A DNA stretch of 64,000 nucleotides. It comes from Nitrospinales bacterium. Its GTDB lineage: Bacteria; Nitrospinota; Nitrospinia; Nitrospinales; VA-1. Shown piece by piece: positions 1 to 10,515 of this stretch. The first letter of the stretch is position 1; the number at the start of each line of letters is the position of its first letter. The translations under genes and the position numbers were made by a program. The notes under the pieces were generated by a model, which was not told the origin of the DNA, did not search any database, and saw nothing but the letters and a program-made list of their open reading frames with translations. Where the stretch lies: contig OZ253496.1 in NCBI GenBank assembly GCA_965262115.1, positions 2,016,001-2,080,000 on the forward strand. Direction: 5' to 3'.

Positions 1-445
<445 letters not shown>

Positions 446-447
446 CC

Positions 448-537
448 CCAGCGTGACGCTGGACTCAGTGGCAAAATTTTATCTTCTGAGCAAAGAGCTG
501 TCTCGGCTTGATCAGCTATTGCTATCTGCCCCCTGCG
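448..537 (+). repeat. Hairpin-capped intergenic repeat (family H)
   Basis: CCAGCG-TGA-CGCTGG hairpin 3 nt after the ferredoxin stop, followed by core ...GCAAAGAGCTGTCTCGGCTTGA. Confidence 0.75.
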
Positions 538-606
538 TAATATTCTTCCTTGGCCTTCGTGCCCCAGAGGGGTACAAGGGGAAAAATCTTAAGAGCAAGG
601 GATATC

Positions 607-828
607 ATGAAAGAAGAAGTCGAAGAAGTTCTGGAGAGTGTGCGACCCATGCTCATTAAGGATGGCGGTAACGTCGAGCTGGTGGACATTACCGACGGAG
701 TTGTAAAACTCCGGCTCGTGGGATCTTGCGTTTCCTGCTCCAGTTCCACCATGACCCTGAAGATGGGCATTGAAAAAGCCTTAAAAAAAGCTATCCCGAT
801 GGTACGTTGCGTTGAATCAGTAGAATAA
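607..828 (+). CDS. NifU C-terminal domain (NfuA-like) Fe-S carrier protein
   Basis: VRPMLIKDGGNVELV...LVGSCVSCSSSTMTLKMGIE; ATG at 607. Confidence 0.9.
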   Translation: MKEEVEEVLESVRPMLIKDGGNVELVDITDGVVKLRLVGSCVSCSSSTMTLKMGIEKALKKAIPMVRCVESVE

Positions 829-936
829 CTATTCCTCTTTTCCAATTTGACCCAAGGCCCCTTGACGGAACATCGGGGCATATTTTTTTTCTGGTACCTT
901 AATCCCCGATCTTTTCCCATCCAGGACAGAACCTTT

Positions 937-1458
937 ATGATTTTCCAGAAAAAACCCGCATTATTTTACCATCTGACATCTGCTTGTGTTGTGCTGTTGC
1001 TTTCTTCGACGCTTGCCCTGGCAGAACCCGGGGAAACCATACCGGCACCGGACTTCACCCTCAAATCTCTTAGCGGGGAGGAAGTCCGTCTCAGCAATCA
1101 AAGGGGGAAATACGTTCTGGTTAATTTCTGGGCCACCTGGTGCGGTCCCTGCAAAATAGAAATGCCCTCACTGGAAACCCTGCACCAGCGTTTTAAATCG
1201 AAGAACTTTTCCCTGCTTGCCATCTCCAACGATATGTTCGGAGCAAAGATTGTAGAACCTTTTGTCAAAGCCCACAATCTTTCCTTCCCCATTCTGCTCG
1301 ACCAGCAATTGCAGGCCAGCAACAAATTTGGAGTGGTCAGCCTGCCCACCACTTTTATGATTGACCCGGAAGGCAATATCATCGGTGAACTAAGAGGGGC
1401 GGAAGACTGGGCCAGCCCGGACAACATCCGGTACTTTGAAAACCTTTTGGCAAACTGA
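937..1458 (+). CDS. TlpA/ResA-like thiol-disulfide oxidoreductase with signal peptide
   Basis: APDFTL, NFWATWCGPCKIEMP, LPTTFMID; likely ATG at 937. Confidence 0.9.
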   Translation: MIFQKKPALFYHLTSACVVLLLSSTLALAEPGETIPAPDFTLKSLSGEEVRLSNQRGKYVLVNFWATWCGPCKIEMPSLETLHQRFKSKNFSLLAISNDMFGAKIVEPFVKAHNLSFPILLDQQLQASNKFGVVSLPTTFMIDPEGNIIGELRGAEDWASPDNIRYFENLLAN

Positions 1459-1469
1459 GCCCGTTGTCC

Positions 1470-3239
1470 ATGAGAGATTCCTTATCCATATTGGCAAAAG
1501 TAATTACCCTATTCACCCTCCTTTTATTATGCCCTCATGAAGGGTGGGCCCAGCCCAAGCACGATCATTCCCTTGAAGGGGATATGGTTTATATTCCGCC
1601 CGGCCCTTTTTTATTCGGCACCAATAAAAAAGACAAGGCCGCCGAGGCACTTTCTCTGGGTATCCCCAAACCATGGTATGCTGACGAAAATCCGCAACAG
1701 AAAATTTTTCTCAAAGAATTCTATATTGACCGTTATGAGGTCACCCACAGACGCTATAAAAAATATATCGATGATCTGGGAGCCGTTCCTCCTGCAAACT
1801 GGCAAGGCGTAAATTTTCCGGAAGGTAAAGATAACGAGCCGGTAACGCATGTCACCTGGTATGATGCGGCAAACTTCTGCCAATGGGCGAAAAAAAAATT
1901 GCCCACCGAAAAACTTTGGGAGCGAGCCGCAAGAGGTAAAGAAGGCTTGGAATATCCTTGGGGCAACATATTTCAAGCAAGATGGGCCAACCATTCGGAC
2001 CGGCCCGGAAGTAAAAACCAGCCAGTTGTCGTCGGTTCTTTTCCAAAAAGTGTCAGCCCTGAAGGTGTTCATGATCTGATCGGAAATGTGTGGGAATGGG
2101 TAGATGACGATTACCAGCCTTATAAAGGAAGCACATATAAAAGCGAATATTATCAGGCGGGCTTAAAAATCCTGCGCGGCCATTCCGCCAGTGATATTGG
2201 GCATTTCCCCGGTGCTCTCTACAACCAAGCCATCGAAATGTTCGCCCGTAGCGGTTACCGGCAATATGCAGGTGCCGACGAACCCGCTCCAGATGTAGGG
2301 TTTCGATGCACCAGCACAACCCAGCCCGCTGCTATGAAAGCGGTAATCTCTGCTTTCGCGAAAACCAAAAAAGGCGCGTCTTTCACAAACGCCGCGCCCT
2401 CGATTTCTTCTTCACTTGAGGAACCAATCGTTTCAGAGTCTGCGCCCCTGAATCCTTTTCAACCCAAACCCAATCTGCCAGATTCTGGAATCATTGCACT
2501 GACCTTTCTGGCGTTTATTGCAGGAGTATTCAGCTTCTTATCCCCCTGCACACTGCCCATTCTTCCCGCTTATTTCGCGGTGACTGCTCAATCCGACCGG
2601 ACCCGCATGGGCCTCATGTCTCTGGCTTTCTTTTTTGGTCTGGCATCCTTGTTTGTGGCGATGGGAGCCTCCGCCAGCGCTTTGGGCCAAGTTCTCAGGG
2701 ATTATATGTTCCAGATCACCCAGGTCGGAGGAGGCATCGTGGGAATTTTCGGTGTCATGACCCTTTTCGGAAAGGGTTTTTCTGGAGCCACCTTTCAAGG
2801 CAAACCCACTTCCACGTTCATAGGGTATTTTTTGTTTGGCGCAACCTTCGCATTAGGTTGGACCCCCTGTGTTGGGCCCATCCTGTCCAGCATTCTCATG
2901 CTCGCGGCTTCGGAAAAAACCGTTTCGCAGGGAATGATCCTGCTCTTCTTTTACGCGGTGGGACTGGGGCTTCCCCTCATCATCGTTGCCACAGTGTGTG
3001 GCAATCTGCCCAAAGACGGTTTGTTCTGGACCCTGCTTCGCGGCAAAGGCTGGGACCTCACGATAGGAGGAAAAACTTTTTTTCTCCATACCACCAACCT
3101 GTTCAGTGGCATTCTGCTGATCGCACTGGGCATCGTTCTGGCAACGGGCTACATGACTTATATCAATAGCCTTATCCCCATAGAAGTTCAGCTCTGGTTC
3201 AGCGAATTCGAGGAGGCTGTTTTACACTGGTTCCTATAA
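1470..3239 (+). CDS. Fusion of an FGE-sulfatase (SUMF1/EgtB-like) domain and a CcdA/DsbD transmembrane domain
   Basis: N-half: FYIDRYEVT, LPTEKLWERAARG, GNVWEWV, VGFRC. C-half: SFLSPCTLPILPAY and GWTPCVGPIL (CcdA cysteine pair). Confidence 0.85.
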   Translation: MRDSLSILAKVITLFTLLLLCPHEGWAQPKHDHSLEGDMVYIPPGPFLFGTNKKDKAAEALSLGIPKPWYADENPQQKIFLKEFYIDRYEVTHRRYKKYIDDLGAVPPANWQGVNFPEGKDNEPVTHVTWYDAANFCQWAKKKLPTEKLWERAARGKEGLEYPWGNIFQARWANHSDRPGSKNQPVVVGSFPKSVSPEGVHDLIGNVWEWVDDDYQPYKGSTYKSEYYQAGLKILRGHSASDIGHFPGALYNQAIEMFARSGYRQYAGADEPAPDVGFRCTSTTQPAAMKAVISAFAKTKKGASFTNAAPSISSSLEEPIVSESAPLNPFQPKPNLPDSGIIALTFLAFIAGVFSFLSPCTLPILPAYFAVTAQSDRTRMGLMSLAFFFGLASLFVAMGASASALGQVLRDYMFQITQVGGGIVGIFGVMTLFGKGFSGATFQGKPTSTFIGYFLFGATFALGWTPCVGPILSSILMLAASEKTVSQGMILLFFYAVGLGLPLIIVATVCGNLPKDGLFWTLLRGKGWDLTIGGKTFFLHTTNLFSGILLIALGIVLATGYMTYINSLIPIEVQLWFSEFEEAVLHWFL

Positions 3240-3404
3240 GCGGGGCAAGCCTCCGCAGCCAAAAGGTCTGTTCCTTTACTGCAAACAAGCCCCCTCAGGC
3301 TTCTGGATATGAAATTCCTATTGTTCAATAAACTGCCATTGAATACCAGAACCGATATTTGCTAAAATAAAGACTGAGAAGTAGTGATTTCACCAGGAGT
3401 GACC

Positions 3405-4058
3405 ATGAACTGGGTATCTAAAATTCTCGTCGTGTTGTTGCTGGCCCTCCCGGCCTGTTCGGGAGGAGACCTTTGCATAACCCAAGATTCTTCGTTGCAA
3501 TAGCTCCTCAGAATGACAAAATAGCCTTTTATTGTCATGCTGAGCTAGTGATATTTGACCTTTGAATTCTTGCCCCGTAGGGGTATCTCGAAGCATCTCG
3601 CTTTTCTGCTTTATAGACTTACGCAAAGGTCTCGTTCGGGAGTGGACTCCGTCACCAAAAAACGCTGGAGTAATTCCGAAAACACCGTCTCGATCGTCGA
3701 TATGACATCGAGAGATTTTCGCCTCATGGACGCAGGATCCAGACTGCAGGGAGCCATTGAAGAAAATCTTGAGACCACCGGTTATATCCTGGCCGGAAAG
3801 AACGCCCACTATCACCTAAAGTATAAGGTTTTGGAATTCGATGAAGGCAATCGAATGGCCCGAATCGCAACTATGGGCATGTCCGATTCCGCCAAAGCCC
3901 AACTGCGGGTGAAAGCCGCGCTTTACGATAACGGAGATATGGTCGGCGCCTGGAAAATCGACTCGTGGGTATCCGGAGGAATCACCGGCGGCTCCGAAGA
4001 CAATCTTTATGAAACCACCGCCAAAGAAATCGCCGACTACTTGAGAGGCGATTATTAA
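3405..4058 (+). pseudogene. DUF4410-like lipoprotein gene interrupted by a MITE
   Basis: ATG 3405 gives MNWVSKILVVLLLALPA-CSG (lipobox). Removing 3466-3642 restores a continuous frame into GVDSVTKKRW...DEGNRMARI. The insert carries an in-frame TAG. Confidence 0.85.
3466..3633. mobile_element. 168-bp MITE, copy 1
   Basis: TIRs GAGACCTTTGCATAA / TTACGCAAAGGTCTC; 9-bp direct repeat GTTCGGGAG at 3457-3465 and 3634-3642. Confidence 0.92.
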
Positions 4059-4092
4059 GCAAGACTCCTATCCATTCCTGGTTTATTCCTTT

Positions 4093-4788
4093 TCAAATAT
4101 CTTTGGCACAACGAAAGCCGATAAAGTTCAACTTCTCTTCAGGGGCCATCCAGTTACGAAACCATGAAGGTGAAAACTTAATCGTGAGATGGGTTTGCAA
4201 TAAGCCACCACGAACGACTTTGAATTTTTCCGCTTGCCCCACAAGCATGTAATCATCCGTCACCCACTCCCAGACATTATGACCCATACCATAAATGCCA
4301 TAAGGGCTGATCCAGTCCGTCCTCTTGTCCACCGGTTCCGGCATAAATCCTGAGAATCCGTTGTTGGGGTGATCGATAAAAATTTTCCAGGGCCACTTGC
4401 GCACATCCGTACCCCGCGCCGCTTTCTCCCATTCAATTTCGTTAGGCAAACGCTTGCCCTCAGCCTGACAAAAAGCCTCCGCCTCAGCATAGGTCACAAA
4501 CGCCACTGGCCAACGCGCCTTTTTAGGATTGAATGAATGTTGCGGTAAGAATTTTTTGTAGGCTTCGTGGCTCACCTCATACCGGTCAATAAAATAAGCT
4601 CCGGACTGCACCGGTTTCCCCCCCTGGGTTCCTAGTTCCTCCGCATCCCCCATGATGAATTCTCCAGCCGGAATATAAACCATCTTCTCAGGAACAACGA
4701 TCCCAGCAGGAACCTCTACAGATATCTGCTTAACGCTATAGGAATCGCAGGAAGACAGGAAAATTAAAAGAAGAAAAAAGCGGATCAT
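4093..4788 (-). CDS. FGE-sulfatase-domain lipoprotein
   Basis: Lipobox FLSSC; YFIDRYEV, RLPNEIEWEKAARG, NVWEWV, IGFRC. Confidence 0.85.
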   Translation of the reverse strand: MIRFFLLLIFLSSCDSYSVKQISVEVPAGIVVPEKMVYIPAGEFIMGDAEELGTQGGKPVQSGAYFIDRYEVSHEAYKKFLPQHSFNPKKARWPVAFVTYAEAEAFCQAEGKRLPNEIEWEKAARGTDVRKWPWKIFIDHPNNGFSGFMPEPVDKRTDWISPYGIYGMGHNVWEWVTDDYMLVGQAEKFKVVRGGLLQTHLTIKFSPSWFRNWMAPEEKLNFIGFRCAKDI

Positions 4789-4848
4789 GTAGGGAGACCA
4801 TTTACAATGATGGCCATTTTAGCAACCCCCCTAGCCCTCCTTATCAGG

Positions 4849-5057
4849 GAGACCTTTGCATAACCCAAGATTCTTCGTTGCAATAGCTCCTCAGAATGAC
4901 AAAATAGCCTTTTATTGTCATGCTGAGCTAGTGATATTTGACCTTTGAATTCTTGCCCCGTAGGGGTATGTGATATCCTCTTCATTAAACTTCATGCCCC
5001 GTAGGGGTATCTCGAAGCATCTCACTTTTCTGCTTTATAGACTTACGCAAAGCTCTC
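4849..5057. mobile_element. 209-bp MITE, copy 2 (copy 1 plus an extra 41-bp micro-element)
   Basis: Near-identical to 3466-3633; flanks CTTATCAGG / CTTGTCAGG; extra segment 4969-5009. Confidence 0.9.
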
Positions 5058-5066
5058 CTTGTCAGG

Positions 5067-5192
5067 GGGGAACTGGGCAAGAGTCTATTAGGCCGAGATA
5101 AAGTTTTGCTAGCCAATTAGAGCCATTGCCAGCTGGCCCCATGTTTATATTCTCACCTTAGCCTTCATGCCCCGGAGGGGTACGCCTAGTGG
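5067..5192 (-). repeat. Family H repeat carrying a 41-bp micro-element (5142-5182) in its terminal hairpin
   Basis: Removing 5142-5182 restores CTGGCCCCACGCCTAGTGG, identical to 50242-50260. Confidence 0.8.
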
Positions 5193-5941
5193 TTGTCCGG
5201 ACGTTCATCGAAAAAATGGAACACTTCGCCGCCGTTGATGGGCAGGGGGGTTTTGTCTAAGTCCAGGGGATGGTCGACACCCGGCTGGATAGTTCCATCT
5301 ACAGAATAAGGTCCGTTCATCGACCAGTAATTGCGCTTGCGCGAATCAAGAAATTTAATACTGGTGATGTATTTGATATTTTTGTAGCCATACTTGAAAG
5401 GCATGATCAACCTCAGGGGAAATCCATGATCGCGGCTCAACGGCTGGCCATCCATACGCAGGACAAAGAGGACACGGGGCCGGAGCAATTCTTCCAGCGC
5501 AAAACTTTCGTAATAGGAATCGGCGGACTGGATATAAACAAACTTTGCGGACGGATCGGGCTGGACCTGTTTCAACAGCTCTTCAAAGCGGAATCCCTCC
5601 CACCTGGCTTTGGCGGACCAGCATTCAACACACTTGAGCCGCGAAACCTGGGAATGCATTTTTAATCCGAACAAATCCTCATAAGCAAGACCGACGGGTT
5701 TTTTAACCATCCCCCCTATCGCCAGTCCCCAGTTTTGCATCTCCACACCGAGAAACGGATTAGCGCTGCGAATATGGAAACCGGGAGTATCCCGGTTCTG
5801 GACGTATTGCTTGGGAATGTTTTTGTCGTTACGAAAATCGTCTGCCCACCCGGATTTTTTCGGCATCAACGCCGACAAAGTAGTCAGGGAAAATATTTTC
5901 AGGAAATTTCTGCGATCAAATTTAAAAGGTGATGAACTCAT
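5186..5941 (-). CDS. Tat-exported molybdopterin oxidoreductase (MsrP/YedY/sulfite-oxidase family)
   Basis: DRRNFLK twin-arginine signal; CVECWS; HGFPLRL..PFKYGYKNIKYI. Confidence 0.88.
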   Translation of the reverse strand: MSSSPFKFDRRNFLKIFSLTTLSALMPKKSGWADDFRNDKNIPKQYVQNRDTPGFHIRSANPFLGVEMQNWGLAIGGMVKKPVGLAYEDLFGLKMHSQVSRLKCVECWSAKARWEGFRFEELLKQVQPDPSAKFVYIQSADSYYESFALEELLRPRVLFVLRMDGQPLSRDHGFPLRLIMPFKYGYKNIKYITSIKFLDSRKRNYWSMNGPYSVDGTIQPGVDHPLDLDKTPLPINGGEVFHFFDERPDNH

Positions 5942-5954
5942 ACCCTTCCTCCAA

Positions 5955-6755
5955 TCAACGCAAACCCAAAACGTCCTGCATATCGTAAACGCCGTTGGGC
6001 TGGCCTAAAATCCACTGCGCCGCACGAATGGAGCCCCGGGCGAAGGTCTCCCGGCTCTGGGCACGATGGAACACTTCAAAATTTTCTCCCATGCCGCCGA
6101 ATAAAACCCGATGCTCACCGATGATGTCTCCCGCCCGCAACGTGTGAATGCCGATTTCTTTCGGGGTGCGCACGGCAATGCCTTTTCTTCCATAAACGCC
6201 AACCTCTTCGAGGTTTCTTCCCAACGAATAGGCAACGATTTCTGATATACGCACGGCGGTGCCGCTGGGCGCATCCTTTTTAAACTTATGATGCGCCTCA
6301 ACAATTTCCACATCATATGCGTCCCCCAACACCCGTGCCGCGTCTGCAACCAGCTTGAACAAAACGTTAACGCCAATGCTCATATTGGGAGCCACGACAC
6401 AGGGAATTTTTTTGCCAATCTGCTCAATCTCTCCGCGTTGCTCCGGAGAAAACCCGGTCGTGCCCACCACCACAGACCTCCCTTTATCCGCAGCAGCGTT
6501 AAGGGTGAAAATACTTGAAGCCGGAGTGGTAAAATCAATTGCCACATCACAGGTTTCAAAAGCTTTTACAGGGTCATCCATCACTACGACTCCCTTGTTT
6601 CCGATCCCTGCTACTTCACCAAGATCTTTACCGATAACCTCGCTGCCTGCACGCTCTGTTCCTCCGCCCAGCTCCACACCCTCAATGTCTTCAATGCATG
6701 CGGCAATGGTCTTTCCCATGCGCCCGGCAATACCTATTACAAGAATCTTCGTCAA
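5955..6755 (-). CDS. dapB: 4-hydroxy-tetrahydrodipicolinate reductase
   Basis: GIAGRMG, GTTG, EAHHKFKKDAPSGTA. Confidence 0.97.
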   Translation of the reverse strand: MTKILVIGIAGRMGKTIAACIEDIEGVELGGGTERAGSEVIGKDLGEVAGIGNKGVVVMDDPVKAFETCDVAIDFTTPASSIFTLNAAADKGRSVVVGTTGFSPEQRGEIEQIGKKIPCVVAPNMSIGVNVLFKLVADAARVLGDAYDVEIVEAHHKFKKDAPSGTAVRISEIVAYSLGRNLEEVGVYGRKGIAVRTPKEIGIHTLRAGDIIGEHRVLFGGMGENFEVFHRAQSRETFARGSIRAAQWILGQPNGVYDMQDVLGLR

Positions 6756-6815
6756 AAATTTTTCCCTTCATTATTTCTTCATTGAACGCTTATTAAAGTC
6801 TCACTAGCTGTGAGA

Positions 6816-7688
6816 CTATGCCAAAGCGTAGGCGGCAAGTATTGCCTGCAATTGCGCCAGATGTTCCTCTGTAGGCGCACACAACGGCGGACGAAACTCA
6901 TTTTCAATTCGGCCCATGAGTGCCAGAGCAGCTTTTACCGGAATGGGATTGGTCTCGATAAACATGATGTCGTTCAACTTCAACAACTCGTAGTGCAGAG
7001 TTTTTGCTGTTTCCACATCCCCTGACCGGGCCGCCTGGACCAGTTTGGCAAACTTGCCGGGAACCAGATTAGCCGTCACCGAGATCACTCCTTTGCCGCC
7101 AATGGCGAGGATCGGCCAAGTCAGCGCGTCTTCACCCGAAATCACTTCAAAGTCCGGCCCACAGGAATCAATGATCTCACTGACCTGCACCAGAGAACCG
7201 GAAGCCTCTTTAATGCCGATAATATTCTTGATGCTGCTCAAACGCGCAACAGTGTCGGGCACCATATTGATGGCGGTGCGGCTGGGAACATTATAAAGAA
7301 CAACCGGCAGATCGGTCTCCTTTGCCACAGCAGAAAAATGCTGGAACAAACCCTCCTGGGTCGGCTTGTTGTAATAGGGCGTGATCAACAACGCTCCATC
7401 TGCGCCAATTTTCTGGGCGCGCTGGGTCAACTCCACCGCTTCCTGGGTCGCGTTCGACCCCGTACCCGCCAGAACGGGAATCCGTCCTTTGCAGTTATCA
7501 ACCGTGATCTGGATCACCTCTGCATGCTCGGCATGGTTTAAGGTGGCCGACTCACCAGTGGTGCCACAGGGCACGATTCCGTTGGTTCCATTTTCTATAT
7601 GAAACTCGATCAACCCGCGTAAGGCCGAGGCATCTACTTTTCCGTTTTTAAACGGAGTCACTATGGCAACAAACGAACCTTCGAACAT
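6816..7688 (-). CDS. dapA: 4-hydroxy-tetrahydrodipicolinate synthase
   Basis: GTTGESATL, PYYNKP, YNVPSRT, GIKEASG. Confidence 0.97.
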   Translation of the reverse strand: MFEGSFVAIVTPFKNGKVDASALRGLIEFHIENGTNGIVPCGTTGESATLNHAEHAEVIQITVDNCKGRIPVLAGTGSNATQEAVELTQRAQKIGADGALLITPYYNKPTQEGLFQHFSAVAKETDLPVVLYNVPSRTAINMVPDTVARLSSIKNIIGIKEASGSLVQVSEIIDSCGPDFEVISGEDALTWPILAIGGKGVISVTANLVPGKFAKLVQAARSGDVETAKTLHYELLKLNDIMFIETNPIPVKAALALMGRIENEFRPPLCAPTEEHLAQLQAILAAYALA

Positions 7689-7706
7689 GAGAACCTGATA
7701 GTTTGA

Positions 7707-8528
7707 TTAATATTCCGCAAGCGTGCCTTCAAAAGCTATGCGAGCGGGTCCTTCCAGATAAACCACCGAACTTTTGCCAGCGTCACCATTGGTCGCTTCA
7801 AAATCCACTTTCAAAATATCCCCGCCCCGGGTTTCCACTGCGACAGGAGGCTGAACCATATTTTTATAATAAGATAACAGGGCCGAGGCCACCACCCCCG
7901 TTCCACAAGCCAGGGTTTCGTCTTCCACTCCACGTTCGTAGGTGCGAATCTTAAGCGCCCGGTCACCAACCTTCTCGACAAAGTCGACATTGGTTCCGAC
8001 CGGGGCGAATGAATCGTGGAAACGGATGCCATGACCCGTCTCCTTCACATTCACGTTCTCGACATTATCAGAATAAATAATAGCGTGCGGCACGCCCGTG
8101 TTGAGGCTGTCCACCTGATATTCAGTTCCATTCAGGGCGAGGGCAATATCCTGCTGCAAATTTTCCGGCGCAGTGAGTTTGACCTTCACGATTGCTCCAT
8201 TCACCTCCGCACCAATGACCCCGGCCAGGGTTTCTAAAGTCATTTTGGCGGGAGCGATGTTCTTTTCCACCGCATAGCGGGCCACACAACGACCGCCATT
8301 GCCGCACATCTCGGCGGAGGAACCATCTTCGTTATAAAAATCCCATTTGATATCGGCTTTATCCGAGTTCTCGACAAAGATCACCCCATCCGCACCGATA
8401 GACATTTTGCGGTCGCACACGCGCCGGACAAAATCGAGCTTTTTGTCATCGTCTAGTACCGGCACCCGATTATCAATGATGATGAAATCGTTGCCACTGC
8501 CACTCATTTTTGTGAACTGAATCGCCAT
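7707..8528 (-). CDS. dapF: Diaminopimelate epimerase
   Basis: GSGNDF, EMCGNGGRC, ERGVEDETLACGTG. Confidence 0.97.
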   Translation of the reverse strand: MAIQFTKMSGSGNDFIIIDNRVPVLDDDKKLDFVRRVCDRKMSIGADGVIFVENSDKADIKWDFYNEDGSSAEMCGNGGRCVARYAVEKNIAPAKMTLETLAGVIGAEVNGAIVKVKLTAPENLQQDIALALNGTEYQVDSLNTGVPHAIIYSDNVENVNVKETGHGIRFHDSFAPVGTNVDFVEKVGDRALKIRTYERGVEDETLACGTGVVASALLSYYKNMVQPPVAVETRGGDILKVDFEATNGDAGKSSVVYLEGPARIAFEGTLAEY

Positions 8529-8724
8529 ATCCAAACTTATCTATTTAATATTGTATTCTTTCTTGAGATGCTGAATAACCCCTGAAGGGTGCAAACTGGC
8601 CCAAACAAACCATTTACGCTACCACCAGCCTACAGAGGTGAAGAGATTCTACCATACCGCTTGACACTGGGAAAGATTACCTTCAGGGCCAAAACAATAA
8701 ATGAGCGGTCTCTGAATTAATCGC

Positions 8725-8752
8725 TTGCAAATGTACGGCTTTAGCGTACAAT
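8725..8752 (+). promoter_or_regulatory. Sigma70-type promoter of higBA overlapped by a palindromic operator
   Basis: TTGCAA-16nt-TACAAT; inverted repeat TGTACG..CGTACA at 8732-8750; ATG only 6 nt downstream, so probably leaderless. Confidence 0.65.
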
Positions 8753-8758
8753 ATTGCC

Positions 8759-9043
8759 ATGATAATAAAGAGGATCCGCCACAAGGGATTAAAGAGATTC
8801 ATTGAGAAAAATGATCCCAAAGGCCTCCCCTCTTATAAAGTTGAAAAAATTCGAGACATTATCACCGCTCTGATGGTGGCGGAAAACTTAAAAGATTTAC
8901 CGGTATTACCAGGGTGGCGGCTTCACAAATTGACGGGTCAGCGCAAAGGCATGTGGAGCATTTCGATCTCTGGAAACTGGCGGATCACATTCGAAATACA
9001 AAGTGACGAAATACATGATTTGAATATGGAGGATTATCACTGA
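8759..9043 (+). CDS. higB: HigB (RelE/ParE-family) toxin
   Basis: RHKGLK...LHKLTG.RKG.WSISISGNWRITF....DYH. Confidence 0.9.
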   Translation: MIIKRIRHKGLKRFIEKNDPKGLPSYKVEKIRDIITALMVAENLKDLPVLPGWRLHKLTGQRKGMWSISISGNWRITFEIQSDEIHDLNMEDYH

Positions 9044-9336
9044 TGTCCAATACAGCAATGATGCCATCTCATCCTGGGGAATTTATTCGCAGACATGTTT
9101 TGGAACCCATTGAACTTTCGATCAGCAAAGCGGCTGAAGTTCTTGGCGTAAGACGGGCGACCCTGTCCGATCTGGTCAATGGCAAAACAAGCCTGTCCCC
9201 GGAAATGGCCCTGAGACTGGAAAAAGCGTTCGACATCAAGATGGATTTCCTGCTACGCATGCAAGCACTCTACGACTCAGCAAGCATGCGGCAATCCAAA
9301 AAGAAGATTGATGTTGTACGGTTTCAGGTGAGGTAG
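9043..9336 (+). CDS. higA: HigA antitoxin (HTH-XRE)
   Basis: HPGEFI...AEVLGVRRATLSDLVNGK.SLSPEMALRL; coupled to the toxin stop. Confidence 0.9.
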   Translation: MSNTAMMPSHPGEFIRRHVLEPIELSISKAAEVLGVRRATLSDLVNGKTSLSPEMALRLEKAFDIKMDFLLRMQALYDSASMRQSKKKIDVVRFQVR

Positions 9337-9555
9337 GAAACGAAGCAAGCCAGGCGAACGCAACCACAGATGGACACCGATGGACGCGGATAGCCGATTG
9401 ATTTTAAAGCTCCCTCTTTTTCAAAGAGGATTACAGAATTATGTCCGGTTATCGGGAACGACAAGACTGGCTCCGCCAAAACGGTGCGGGGATGGATTTC
9501 TAAAAGACTAAAAGGTATTTATATTTACAATGTTACACCTCAAAATGGAGTGCTT

Positions 9556-10285
9556 ATGCCTATGTCGGATGCGGACAAAAACTTTATAAGACTGGTCAGA
9601 GAACTCATCGCTATTGAATCGGAGGGTTTTTCAGTTGAACCCAACGAGAAAGAGAAACTTGAAGCTGATTTTCATGAGGCTTGGCTGAAAATAGATAGAG
9701 TGGGGCTTCGAGAATACCAAGACCCTGGTTTAGCAGAATGCATGAGGTTTTTAATCCAAGCAACCAAAGACGACCCTTTTAAGATTAATGAAGATTGTAG
9801 CGACTGGCACGACTGGTGGAGAGATGAAGGGCTAGACCAGTGGCCCTCTCATATCAGAAGATATTTTGAATTGGTTCCACCCTATATCCGGGCCGGGTCT
9901 AGCATACCCAAGGATGAGAACCCTTTATTCAGAATCAAGATGGTGTTTTATTTATGAAAATTTTAATGCATGCATTGTTCTTTCGAGAGGCATTATAGAA
10001 GCCGTTGGAAAATATGAAATACCGTGGGTCAAGCTCTTAAAATTTAGTAATAAATCTAGTGGGGAAAAGGTGTAAGCCGCAGAAATTGTTAAGTATATGA
10101 AGGAGGAAGGGGAAATCGTAAGACCTGAACTAGCAGATAATATTTTGAAAAAGATCGTATACAAAGCCAACGATATTCTTCATAACGGGAAAACGGCATC
10201 GAAGGAAGAGTGTTTAGAAGCTACTGAGTGTGTAAAAACTCTTTTGGAGGAAGTGTACGCCAAAAAACCCTATAAAAACAATTAA
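9556..10285 (+). pseudogene. Disrupted gene with a DUF4145/HEPN-like C-terminal region
   Basis: Three ORF pieces: frameshift near 9915-9930 into CFIYENFNACIVLSRGIIE, in-frame TAA at 10073-10075, then KANDILH. Confidence 0.55.
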
Positions 10286-10404
10286 TCGTAAACTAAAGGC
10301 ACTTTTGGCCCACCCGCACTGAATGTAAAACACCCCAACCCTCGTGGTATTCCACCCTGGCCTTCTGCCCGGAACGGGTACTTTGAGAAAGAGGGAGAAA
10401 AAGC

Positions 10405-10515
10405 AACCCCCCATTCCCCCCTTATCAGGGGGGAACGGGGCAAGGGCTTAATTGATCCGAGACGACTCTTCGCCAGCCAAAGAGAGCTATTGCACACTGG
10501 CCCCACGCCGAGTGG
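10405..10515 (-). repeat. CCCCCTTATCAGGGGG hairpin plus family H repeat abutting the MMPL stop
   Basis: CCGAGACGACTC..GCCAGC..GCTATTGCACACTGGCCCCACGCCGAGTGG. Confidence 0.75.

Noticed and set aside
4785..4985. ORFs sharing TPTGQEFKGQISLAQHDN (also 3390-3815 and 38724-39122)
   Set aside because: Translations of the non-coding MITE/REP/micro-element sequence, not a protein family.
9361..9391. Short ACAGATGGACACCGATGGACGCGGAT tandem-like motif
   Set aside because: Single short degenerate occurrence; no function can be supported.
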